Below the pieces are notes generated by a model. The model saw nothing but the letters and a program-made list of their open reading frames with translations, was not told the origin of the DNA and ran no database searches. A program made the position numbers and the translations under genes. Source: a virus (lineage: Duplodnaviria; Caudoviricetes). From it: DNA of 49,079 bases. The stretch is from positions 1 to 49,079 of the IMG/VR virus record IMGVR_UViG_3300038829_000052; one strand, written 5' to 3'. The number at the start of each line of letters is the position of its first letter. Positions within the stretch are counted from its first letter, which is position 1. Of this stretch, positions 8,670 to 16,854 are shown piece after piece.

Positions 8670-8809
8670 TCAAAATAATCCTTAATCCACCTTACTATAT
8701 CATGCCGTTCCTTGCACCTCGCCAATCCCTCCAGGCTGGACACCCCCAGCCATGCTTGGGGCCGGTCCCATTGCGCCCGGAACTCCTTGAGGAACATTTC
8801 CGCGTCCAT
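8648..8809 (-). CDS. Small hypothetical protein (53 aa) overlapping the portal 3' end
   Basis: MDAEMFLKEF...HDIVRWIKDYFEEREENG. Its C-terminus is duplicated downstream at 8396-8460. Confidence 0.45.
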   Translation of the reverse strand: MDAEMFLKEFRAQWDRPQAWLGVSSLEGLARCKERHDIVRWIKDYFEEREENG

Positions 8810-10694
8810 GCTCGGCCTCGTACATCTGCGCTATATGCATCTGGATGTGTTGTTCAAGCGCCTTCTTGCCTTCCGGGGGTAGTTGAGCCGTAAAGCCGTC
8901 GTGACCCTCCTTGCCCATCAAAAGCTCTTGGTGAGCAACGATGTGGCCCATGTGGTCTTGATCTGGATAAGGCGGGGGGACCATCGGCTGCGGCATGAGG
9001 GCCGTGGCGTTTTCCTTGTAGGGGTCGTCCTCTCTCGGAGGAAGTGGGGGCGGGAAGATTTCGTCTATGTTCGGCTCCTCGATAGCCTCCAGATACCGCT
9101 TGCCCACGGCATAAATCGCCATCGGGTTCTGCATGGTCAGAGGGTTCGTCATCACGAACTGAAGCACCGCCTGGGCGCGCATCAGTTTCTTCTCGGTCGT
9201 GGCCTGCTTCGGATCGGCGAGGGGTTGGACCATCAAATCCCCCCGGTAATCGTCCTTCGTCACCGCATCGGATTCAGCCGAGCCGTCATCCATGAACATG
9301 ACGTATGGCTCTACGTCAGGCATGTATTTCGTGTTCAGATCATAATACTTCTGAAGCTCCCGGCCCCAGGCTTCGATGACTCTCGCTTGAACAGCTCCGT
9401 AAACCTCAAGCGCCTGTTCGATCAGGGCCATCGCCATCGTCGGCTGGTACACCTTATCGGCCTGACCCGAGACGAGTTCCGTCACCGAGCCCAAACGATC
9501 CGACCTACCGGAAAATAGTTCGATCAACTGTCCGATGGATGCAGACGGGCCGGGAAATTTGAACTGGTAAATCCCCTTAGCGATGTCCTCCATCGAGGCG
9601 TTGATCTTGCGGAACTTCCCGAGTTCGATTTCGATCTCTCCGCCCTTCACGTCTAGTTGCGAAGAAACGAATCCCGAGGCGTTGCCGATATTCGCCAACG
9701 TGGCGGCGTCGATTGCTTGACGGACAAGCTTGTTCACGGCCTTGTTGATCGGGCCTATCAGATGGCCCATGCCGAGACCGTAAAAACCCTCGGGATTTGG
9801 TAGGTAATTGTAGTGCGTGAAGTACTCGACCGCCCGCTTGTTGTCGGTCGGGGCGCCTTGTTCGTCCGCGTCGAAGCGATAGGCAAGCCGAAGAAGCTTC
9901 TTCGATTGACGGCAAACCCAGGCAATATAAGGCTCGGCGATACCGTCGCCGTCCAAATCCCAAACGGCGTGTTGTTCCAGAACGCAGCAATCCGTCTTTA
10001 CTGCGGGTTCTGTCAGACCTTGGCTTTTGTCGGTCTCCGATTGCGTCGGGGTTTTCTCGCCGTTGTTATAAACCTCTGGCTCTGCGGAGTAGAATTGAGC
10101 TTGAACGAGGATTCGGGCGTCGTTGATGGTTTGCCAAACGATTTGCGTCTTGCGCTCGACCGAATCGATGTCTCGTGGGCCGACTCCATAAGGGATCACC
10201 AAATCTTCGGGCCGGACGTTTTCGACCATGTTCCGGCCCAGCACCGGATGAAAATACGTTTTGGTGAAAAAGCTCCCATGCAAGGGAAGACCGAACAGCA
10301 GGCGGTCCTTGTCGGCTTTGTACCCCCGGTCCCGGACCATCAACTGCCAGGACATATGCTTTGCCACACGCTTTGCTCGGGCCTCGACCTCGACATCCAA
10401 CTTCAACGTGGGAACGGCGGTAACAACCGTTCGACCGGGGAACAGGGCCTTATAGGCGCGCGCGTGGAACTGCGTGCAGGCTTCCGTCAGAAGCGGCAGC
10501 GATTCCTCGGAGGCCCCGGGCCAAGGCGGGGACTTGGGCTTCTCCGACTGATTGAACAGCCGAAGCCAACCGGCGTGCATTTCGAGCCAGCCCTTGCGGG
10601 AATCGTTATCCGACTCGAAGTCCTTGACGACCTGGGCGGCCAGTTTGTTCTGGTCGTCTTCAGGAAGCTTGGGTGCTAGGTTATCCAAAGACAC
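8700..10694 (-). CDS. Portal protein (P22-like)
   Basis: 664 aa. SR..W, PWPGAS...PLL.EAC.QF.ARAY, FYGLG.GHL, Pro/Gln-rich tail. Lies between terL and scaffold. Confidence 0.92.
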   Translation of the reverse strand: MSLDNLAPKLPEDDQNKLAAQVVKDFESDNDSRKGWLEMHAGWLRLFNQSEKPKSPPWPGASEESLPLLTEACTQFHARAYKALFPGRTVVTAVPTLKLDVEVEARAKRVAKHMSWQLMVRDRGYKADKDRLLFGLPLHGSFFTKTYFHPVLGRNMVENVRPEDLVIPYGVGPRDIDSVERKTQIVWQTINDARILVQAQFYSAEPEVYNNGEKTPTQSETDKSQGLTEPAVKTDCCVLEQHAVWDLDGDGIAEPYIAWVCRQSKKLLRLAYRFDADEQGAPTDNKRAVEYFTHYNYLPNPEGFYGLGMGHLIGPINKAVNKLVRQAIDAATLANIGNASGFVSSQLDVKGGEIEIELGKFRKINASMEDIAKGIYQFKFPGPSASIGQLIELFSGRSDRLGSVTELVSGQADKVYQPTMAMALIEQALEVYGAVQARVIEAWGRELQKYYDLNTKYMPDVEPYVMFMDDGSAESDAVTKDDYRGDLMVQPLADPKQATTEKKLMRAQAVLQFVMTNPLTMQNPMAIYAVGKRYLEAIEEPNIDEIFPPPLPPREDDPYKENATALMPQPMVPPPYPDQDHMGHIVAHQELLMGKEGHDGFTAQLPPEGKKALEQHIQMHIAQMYEAEHGRGNVPQGVPGAMGPAPSMAGGVQPGGIGEVQGTA

Positions 10695-12042
10695 GGCAGA
10701 AATCCTGTCGCCGGGGCACTTGGTCCCGGATGATGGAGGCTACCGCTCCACCGTGAACTTCAATTTCTACCGTGTCGTCTTCCATCATGGCCCGCAACTC
10801 GCCGAGTTGGGCCACCTTTTCGTAATCCGTCCAGATATCGCCGTCCGTAAAGGGCCGACCGTTCTTGATTCCGATCTTCACCCGGCCCCCACCGGGACCA
10901 TCATAGCACAGATCGTATCCGAATAAATGCACTTTACGGAAACCCAGGAGACCCGCAATCGTCACCCCCCGGGTTGCCGAGGAACATCCCCCGGCGAGCA
11001 TGACCGTCTTGCCCTGGGTCGCGTATGACTCGGCGACGACCTTCTGCTCCCCCGCCCCCACGGCGGCGTGGTAAAGCCACGCCCGCGCGCCCTTGGCCTG
11101 AAGCGTCTTGAACACCGAAGGATGGCACATCGAAGCCACGATGTAATTTACCTTTGGGTGGGGAGTGTCGATGAACTCTTTGACGTGCCCCCGGGGGTCC
11201 AAAAGGATGCAGGCAAAGGGCGGGATACCGGCGGCGATCAGCCGATCATGTGCGGACTTGACGGCGAAGATGGTCCCGCCGTTCAGGGCCATTTGGGTGA
11301 TCGTCGCGATTTCTTTTTCCAACGACGGCCCGCCCGCACACATCAGGGCTACGCCATCGTGAACCCGGCAATGGGGTAGCCGAAACGGGTGGTACATACT
11401 CAGGGCATGGCGGATGTTGTCCTGAATCTCATGGTCAGACCCTACATTCTTGGTCTTGACCTTGATCTCCTGTCCCCCCAGGGGAGGATAAACCGCCATC
11501 TGAACGTAACCGCAACGCTTCCCGTCCTTGAAAACCGGGTCTTTCTGCGGAAGGATCGTGGCCTTCAATTCGTCAACGAGTTTGTTGCACCCGAATTGAG
11601 CGGTATCCATGACCGCGCCGTTTTCGTCGGCGACATAATAATCGTCGAACACGATGCAGCGGGATTGCTTGGACAGATTGTAGTCGCCGCGAATCGTATC
11701 GACGGAATGACCGCCATCGATGAACACAAAATCCGCGTTCACGGGCTGGTTCAGATCGCGTGAGTTCGCCTTGATGACATTGATCCTGGCGTTCGTCGCC
11801 GCCTTGATCTTGTCGTGGACATCCTGAATCTTCTGGTGCGCCTTCACGTTGGATTCGGCGGCGTCGAGTTCAGCCGTCCCGTCCTCGAATAGATCAACGC
11901 CAGCGTATTGCACCCCCGGTTTGTGCTTCTGCGCCGCCTTGAGCATTTCGATGGCGCGGTCGCCATTCCACGTGCCGAATTCGAAGATGGTTTCGGGCTT
12001 GGCTTGGTCGATCAATTGGAGCAGTTGGGCGTAGCGGTTCAT
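10681..12042 (-). CDS. Fusion: class I SAM methyltransferase + DUF115/MAF_flag10 (Maf-like glycosyltransferase/MptE-like) domain
   Basis: N-terminal EFGTWNG...D.F...DFVFIDGGHS...FDDY (Methyltransf_24-like). C-terminal AGGPSL...AV.SA...L...GI.P.....DP...GF..VHLFGYD. Confidence 0.8.
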   Translation of the reverse strand: MNRYAQLLQLIDQAKPETIFEFGTWNGDRAIEMLKAAQKHKPGVQYAGVDLFEDGTAELDAAESNVKAHQKIQDVHDKIKAATNARINVIKANSRDLNQPVNADFVFIDGGHSVDTIRGDYNLSKQSRCIVFDDYYVADENGAVMDTAQFGCNKLVDELKATILPQKDPVFKDGKRCGYVQMAVYPPLGGQEIKVKTKNVGSDHEIQDNIRHALSMYHPFRLPHCRVHDGVALMCAGGPSLEKEIATITQMALNGGTIFAVKSAHDRLIAAGIPPFACILLDPRGHVKEFIDTPHPKVNYIVASMCHPSVFKTLQAKGARAWLYHAAVGAGEQKVVAESYATQGKTVMLAGGCSSATRGVTIAGLLGFRKVHLFGYDLCYDGPGGGRVKIGIKNGRPFTDGDIWTDYEKVAQLGELRAMMEDDTVEIEVHGGAVASIIRDQVPRRQDFCRVFG

Positions 12043-12290
12043 ATTTCGTACTTCGTCACAATTTGTTTCGGTTTCGGAACGATGATCTCGCCTTTGATAA
12101 TCAAAACGGCCTTATCATCGACGCCCATCCAGCACCCCTTGTCGTGGTGCGGGATTTTGTCGAGAAAGACAGGCGCGCGGTTGCAATCCTCGACGCACTC
12201 TCGAATGTACTCGTGGATGCCTTTTTCGGTTATCTCGCGGATGCTTGTGCCATCCTCCCCCGAGGAGAGAATGAAGAATTTTTCAGACAC
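12039..12290 (-). CDS. Hypothetical protein
   Basis: Inserted ORF with AAGGAG upstream. Confidence 0.55.
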   Translation of the reverse strand: MSEKFFILSSGEDGTSIREITEKGIHEYIRECVEDCNRAPVFLDKIPHHDKGCWMGVDDKAVLIIKGEIIVPKPKQIVTKYEI

Positions 12291-12332
12291 GGATCATCTC
12301 CTTCACGGCGTCGGTAAGTTGGGTGTAGCGGG

Positions 12333-12722
12333 TCATTTACCAGCCTTTTTGTTGAGCGGGAATACAGCGTGAGCCGCCGCTTCAAATTCGGCCTTACAGG
12401 CAGCGCGAGATTCGGGGGGCAAATCAGGATATGAAATTCCGTTCCCACATCTCTCGCCTTTTTCCTCTTTCCATTTATTCATAAATTTTTGCCAAAGTGC
12501 GTTCTTATGGTTTTGGTGGCTCCTCCACTGATCGAGACACCCGAGATCGCAAAAATAATAATCGCGCTCAACCGGAGGATAGATCATCATGCTGGTATAA
12601 AACCCGCTCCCGCGCCCCGGTTTGCTTTCTGCGCACAATACAAGGCGATAATCAACGCAATTACTACGCGTTGTAAGATCGTGACCACAGCCGTCGCATT
12701 CAACCTTCGTCGTTTTAGCCAT
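12333..12722 (-). CDS. Hypothetical Cys-rich (CDGC...FC..C, zinc-finger-like) protein
   Basis: ORF with RBS, lower GC than its flanks. Confidence 0.55.
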   Translation of the reverse strand: MAKTTKVECDGCGHDLTTRSNCVDYRLVLCAESKPGRGSGFYTSMMIYPPVERDYYFCDLGCLDQWRSHQNHKNALWQKFMNKWKEEKGERCGNGISYPDLPPESRAACKAEFEAAAHAVFPLNKKAGK

Positions 12723-12734
12723 CGACCATCTCCT

Positions 12735-13049
12735 TCACGGCCCCGTTGCGAAAACCGCGCGCGCAAATAGAGACCGCTGCGCTGCGCGCGCTTCACTTCT
12801 CAAATAGTCTCTATACTTGTTTTTGTAGTGGCGTTCCATTCGAGCTTTCTTTATTTTGCTGGCATTTCGTAGATAATAAAGCTTTTTCTTTCTGCTAATT
12901 GCGGCGGCTCCAAGAGCATACCGCCAACGCTTTCGTCTATTTATTTCATCTCGTCTAAGCCAACGTCGGCACCTCATCCAAAACAAAATTTTGGCGCGGT
13001 TACGTTGATAATGAAGCCGGCGTTTTCGGCGGAATTCATCCCGCGTCAC
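12735..13049 (-). CDS. Arg/Lys-rich hypothetical protein (resembles the basic N-terminal arms of HNH endonucleases)
   Basis: Repeating R..Y.RN...I units, AT-rich. Confidence 0.4.
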   Translation of the reverse strand: MTRDEFRRKRRLHYQRNRAKILFWMRCRRWLRRDEINRRKRWRYALGAAAISRKKKLYYLRNASKIKKARMERHYKNKYRDYLRSEARAAQRSLFARAVFATGP

Positions 13050-13824
13050 TGACCATCTCTCTCACAGCTTCAACGACTTGCTCGACGCTTATCACTTCCA
13101 TGGCAGCCCGGCAGTGATCACAGGGCGTGACGGTGCCGCAGCCGAGGGGGTATTTATCGGCAGCCACATATAGATTCTTGTGATTGGCGTACCCTGTAAC
13201 GTCAGGGCTGATATATCCGCCAAACACAACAACGGCTCGTTTGCCGAGGGCGGCGGCGGCGTGGTGGAGTCCTCCTTCGTGGCCGACATATCCGATGCTC
13301 CTTTCGAGGATCGCGCAGGCGTGGCGGAAGGTGGGCGCCTCCCGCATTTCATAAAATAAAACCCGGTGCGGCACGCCAATCTCAATGCGTCGGTCAAAGA
13401 ACTCTTGCCAGTGCGGCCATTGTTTGTTGGCGCCGCCACCGCCTTTTTCCTTATGCCTGGATTCGGTGACGATGAACCTTTCGCCGAACAGGCGCGTCTC
13501 ATTTGCCGCCCACTCCCGCTCCTCATCCGTCAGCCGAATCTCCCCCGGCGCAATATCCCATTTCCGCCAGAGGATGCGGTTGTCTTTCATGCCGCTGTAG
13601 TAGTGTCTGACAGACGGGCCGTTCCGCAACACCGCACAATCGAGCGTCATCTGCTTTTGCATGAACGGGAGGCCATCCCATAGCGTATCCCAATACGGCT
13701 CCCATTTCGCATCCACGGGGCAGACACGCTGGTTCGTCATTGCGTTGGTGCGTTTCGCGATGCCGGATAGCATTAAACTGTCGCCAAAACCGATTGGAGT
13801 CTCTCCTTTTGTTTGGCCGCCCAC
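13036..13824 (-). CDS. Glycosyltransferase family 9 (heptosyltransferase-like). Probable start ATC at 13794
   Basis: GFGD.LM N-terminus, K.W, YVGHEGGLHHAAAALGKRAVVVFG, C....C..C...M..ISVEQV. Confidence 0.85.
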   Translation of the reverse strand: MGGQTKGETPIGFGDSLMLSGIAKRTNAMTNQRVCPVDAKWEPYWDTLWDGLPFMQKQMTLDCAVLRNGPSVRHYYSGMKDNRILWRKWDIAPGEIRLTDEEREWAANETRLFGERFIVTESRHKEKGGGGANKQWPHWQEFFDRRIEIGVPHRVLFYEMREAPTFRHACAILERSIGYVGHEGGLHHAAAALGKRAVVVFGGYISPDVTGYANHKNLYVAADKYPLGCGTVTPCDHCRAAMEVISVEQVVEAVREMVSDAG

Positions 13825-13875
13825 CTACGACTGGCGGCCCAATTCGTTTTCTTGCCATTGCTGCGAGCCATAACC

Positions 13876-14337
13876 CTATAGAACTTCTTTGAAGAATTTG
13901 TTAAGATCAGTTTTCAAATTTTCCCGGTCATCTTTATGACCATTCAGCCAATTCGCGATCTCACATGCACAAGCTGCCCTTTGCTTTCCCTCGATGTTGG
14001 CGAGCATAGCGTTGTATCGCTTCTCGGAAGCCCCGAGAGAAGCCAGAGAAAGAGCGGTCCATCCAACCCCATATTTCTTTGCTTCTCCCCATATTGCCTC
14101 GGTGCGCGCCGCGATCTCTCGGGCGACTTCGGGGCCAAGAGTCATGAGCCTGTGATCAAATGAGCGCCACGGCGGGACGCGAGCCGTAATCGCATCGTCT
14201 TCGCCAAATTCGACGGTGAAAAACCGATATATGGCATCGTGAAAATGTAGTGCTGCCGAGCGGCATTTGCATTTATCGCAAGGTCTATTGCGCGAAGAAT
14301 CGAAAAGACAACGGCGTTTTGTCTTGGGCAGCCTCAT
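13876..14337 (-). CDS. Hypothetical protein
   Basis: ORF with GGAG RBS inside the GT cluster. Confidence 0.5.
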   Translation of the reverse strand: MRLPKTKRRCLFDSSRNRPCDKCKCRSAALHFHDAIYRFFTVEFGEDDAITARVPPWRSFDHRLMTLGPEVAREIAARTEAIWGEAKKYGVGWTALSLASLGASEKRYNAMLANIEGKQRAACACEIANWLNGHKDDRENLKTDLNKFFKEVL

Positions 14338-14357
14338 TATTTTATCTCCTTAGTTCA

Positions 14358-15065
14358 TCAAGTTGGTATTTTCTTCGCATAAGCCCACCATTCGGCATCG
14401 AAGTCAGATTTGACCGCTAATTCCATATCCGGCGTTCCCCCAGTGAAATGAACGCCCTTGGGCGTAATTGCCGGATTACTGTGCCCGACAAGCCAATTCC
14501 ATGTTTCCGGTAGGGGACCGATGTCGTCGTCTTGAGCCCACCGCATCCCATGCAGCCACCAGCCATCGGCGGAATTGACGGTGTACGCCGAAAGCTCGCG
14601 GCATTTGCTGGGGGTGAACAGCATCAGGGAGGACCAGTTCTTCCGGTCATAAACCGTCTGAAGTACCCCATCCATCTTGGAGTATTCCGTGGGCTTGTGA
14701 TCGTGCTGGACGCATTGAACGGCCAAGTCGGGATTGTAGAGGTCCAGCAGTTCTTTGATGTCCGCTCTTACGAGAAAGTCTCCATCCATGAACAGGGCCG
14801 GTTCGTCATCGTATTTGCAGATGTGGGGGACGAGGAACCGAGTGAAGCTGAACAGGGTGGAGAATGGTTTTCGGTCTCTGGCATCGTACATCTGGCCGGA
14901 TTCGTCAACAAAGTATGCCCTGCGAAAACCGGGCTTTCGTAGTTCGTGCATCTTGAGGAGTTTGATGTCGAGCGGAATAGAGGAATGTGCAAGCAAAGAA
15001 TCGCGGCACACCTTGGATGCAACGTCGTCCCGAACATCGTAGCCGATGAATATGCGGAGGGTCAT
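14358..15065 (-). CDS. GT-A fold glycosyltransferase (GT8-like)
   Basis: IFIGYD, ST.FSFTRFLVP, FMDGD (DxD), RKNWSS, WNWLV, HFT.G.P. Confidence 0.88.
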   Translation of the reverse strand: MTLRIFIGYDVRDDVASKVCRDSLLAHSSIPLDIKLLKMHELRKPGFRRAYFVDESGQMYDARDRKPFSTLFSFTRFLVPHICKYDDEPALFMDGDFLVRADIKELLDLYNPDLAVQCVQHDHKPTEYSKMDGVLQTVYDRKNWSSLMLFTPSKCRELSAYTVNSADGWWLHGMRWAQDDDIGPLPETWNWLVGHSNPAITPKGVHFTGGTPDMELAVKSDFDAEWWAYAKKIPT

Positions 15066-15307
15066 GACAACACACTCGCAGAGGAACGTTTCACGCGATA
15101 CTGTGCTTCATGGAGGGCTTCCTTCGCCCGCGCCCACCCGCCGCAAATGCGCGCCGCCGGCTTGATTATTCGCCAGTCTATTTCAACGGTGCGCCAGTCA
15201 ACGTCTCCGGCGGTATTGAGAATTTCTACCGCCGTTTCTCTCGGGTGGGGGTCCCCCTGAAACGCGAGAATTTTCGCGACCTCAGCCAGCATGACGGCGC
15301 GGCTCAT
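15062..15307 (-). CDS. Hypothetical protein
   Basis: ATGA-coupled at both ends. Confidence 0.5.
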   Translation of the reverse strand: MSRAVMLAEVAKILAFQGDPHPRETAVEILNTAGDVDWRTVEIDWRIIKPAARICGGWARAKEALHEAQYRVKRSSASVLS

Positions 15308-15822
15308 GGCGTTTCCAGAAGACTGGCTTCGATGTTCGTATCGGCGCCGGCTTCGGCTATCTTATTTGCCCACCACCCCATCGGACGAATGGTAACATGC
15401 GTGTTTCTGCCGTCCGGCAGCGTTTTCTTGGCCGCGCGGCAACAGACGGTGAAGAACACGTACTTCGTCGCCAGCTTATAGATGCCCTCGATCATGGGCG
15501 TGATTTCTTCTTCCGGTACATGCTCCAAGACATCCGAGCAGATCACCATGTCGAATTTGCCGCCCGGCAGTTCGTCGAGACCCGGGACGGCGGGATCGTA
15601 CATCGTCACGTCCACGCCCCACTTCTTGTCGAGCGAGTGCGGCGGCATGTATTGATAGCCCTGACCGGAGCCGTAATCGAGGACGGTTTTGATGCCATGC
15701 TCTTTGACGAGCGCGCCGATCTCATCCGCGAATTTCAAGACGGACAGGCCGAGGAATTTCCCCTGGGCGTGAAGTGCGCGGTATTGATCGAGAAGCGACA
15801 TTTCGTGTGGCGATCTATTCAT
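15304..15822 (-). CDS. Class I SAM-dependent methyltransferase (Methyltransf_23-like)
   Basis: VLDYGSGQG, YDP, FDMVICSDVLEHVP. Confidence 0.88.
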   Translation of the reverse strand: MNRSPHEMSLLDQYRALHAQGKFLGLSVLKFADEIGALVKEHGIKTVLDYGSGQGYQYMPPHSLDKKWGVDVTMYDPAVPGLDELPGGKFDMVICSDVLEHVPEEEITPMIEGIYKLATKYVFFTVCCRAAKKTLPDGRNTHVTIRPMGWWANKIAEAGADTNIEASLLETP

Positions 15823-16699
15823 TTAACATTCTCCATGCCGTACCATCAGCAATCTCGGAAAGTGAAAATTGCTGATAACCCAGCCAGTTACAAAGCCTGT
15901 TAACCCTTCCTCTGTCGAAATAATCCGGGCTTTCGAGATTATCCCACGCCCACGATAGATCGCCGATGCAATGGTCTCCCAAGGCAATGGCTGGAGTGCC
16001 GCCGATCAAGGCATGTAGCGCGGCCATGCTTTCATGGGTGATTACACAGTGCGTCGTCGGCAGGATTTCACGAAGGCCGCCCTTGAACAGCTTCACCCGG
16101 ATCGGGCGGTCGGTGCGCTTCTTGATCTCCGCATCGACCTGGGCAACCCATAGGGCGGGGTCGATTCTCTGGTATTGGGCGACGAATTTGGAAGGTGGGA
16201 TAACCAGGATGTCGTCGCCCTTCTTGTTCCACATCCCGATGACATTGACCCGAGTATCGTTCCATCTATCGGGGGGGCGGTCCTCGCACTCGGTCGCTTG
16301 AAATGCGTTCTTCGTAACCCGGTAATATCCACTCAAATCGCCGGCTTCGTGATTCGATTGCTTCACATAGCCGTTGTCGATGTGCCAATAGTCGTGCCGC
16401 ATCAATTTTGCCGAGGCGATTAGTTCCCCACATCCACGGAGAATCCCGTATGTCGCCATCGGACCCGTGACGATGAACCCGCGCTGCATCAATTCTCTCG
16501 TCGAGCGGTTGAAATCGTAGCCCTGTTCCCCGAGGGCCTGCGGAAGCTGGACGGTCTTCCCTCCACATCCTTGGGCGAAGGCCCCCGCGATCTTCTGCGA
16601 AAGGATATGCGGGGTCACGTAAACGGTCGGCGGCTCGTCGCATTGTTCGGCGATGGCAACCGATGTAATCGCGATGGCTTCGGCGAGGCTACCAGTCAT
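15815..16699 (-). CDS. GT-B fold, capsule-polysaccharide-synthesis-like glycosyltransferase
   Basis: YGILRG, W.IDNGY, YYRVTKN, ILVIPPS, TDRPIRV, C.IT..S.AAL.ALI.G.P, L.YQQFSL.EI..G.AW. Confidence 0.7.
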   Translation of the reverse strand: MTGSLAEAIAITSVAIAEQCDEPPTVYVTPHILSQKIAGAFAQGCGGKTVQLPQALGEQGYDFNRSTRELMQRGFIVTGPMATYGILRGCGELIASAKLMRHDYWHIDNGYVKQSNHEAGDLSGYYRVTKNAFQATECEDRPPDRWNDTRVNVIGMWNKKGDDILVIPPSKFVAQYQRIDPALWVAQVDAEIKKRTDRPIRVKLFKGGLREILPTTHCVITHESMAALHALIGGTPAIALGDHCIGDLSWAWDNLESPDYFDRGRVNRLCNWLGYQQFSLSEIADGTAWRMLNE

Positions 16700-16854
16700 A
16701 TCCGGCCCAATACGCCCGCCATTTCAAATTCCGGGCCAAGCGCTTAGTTTCTCCTGCCCCAAGTTTACCCAACAGAAACACTGCCAAAGCGCAACGTGCG
16801 GTCTCCAGCGCCTCGGCTTTTTGTGAAGCCGCCCGCAATTCCTCGATTAAATTT

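Noticed and set aside
8883-10679. Long plus-strand ORFs opposite the portal (and similar ones opposite terL, capsid and tail genes)
   Set aside because: Typical antisense open frames of GC-rich coding DNA, with no motifs.
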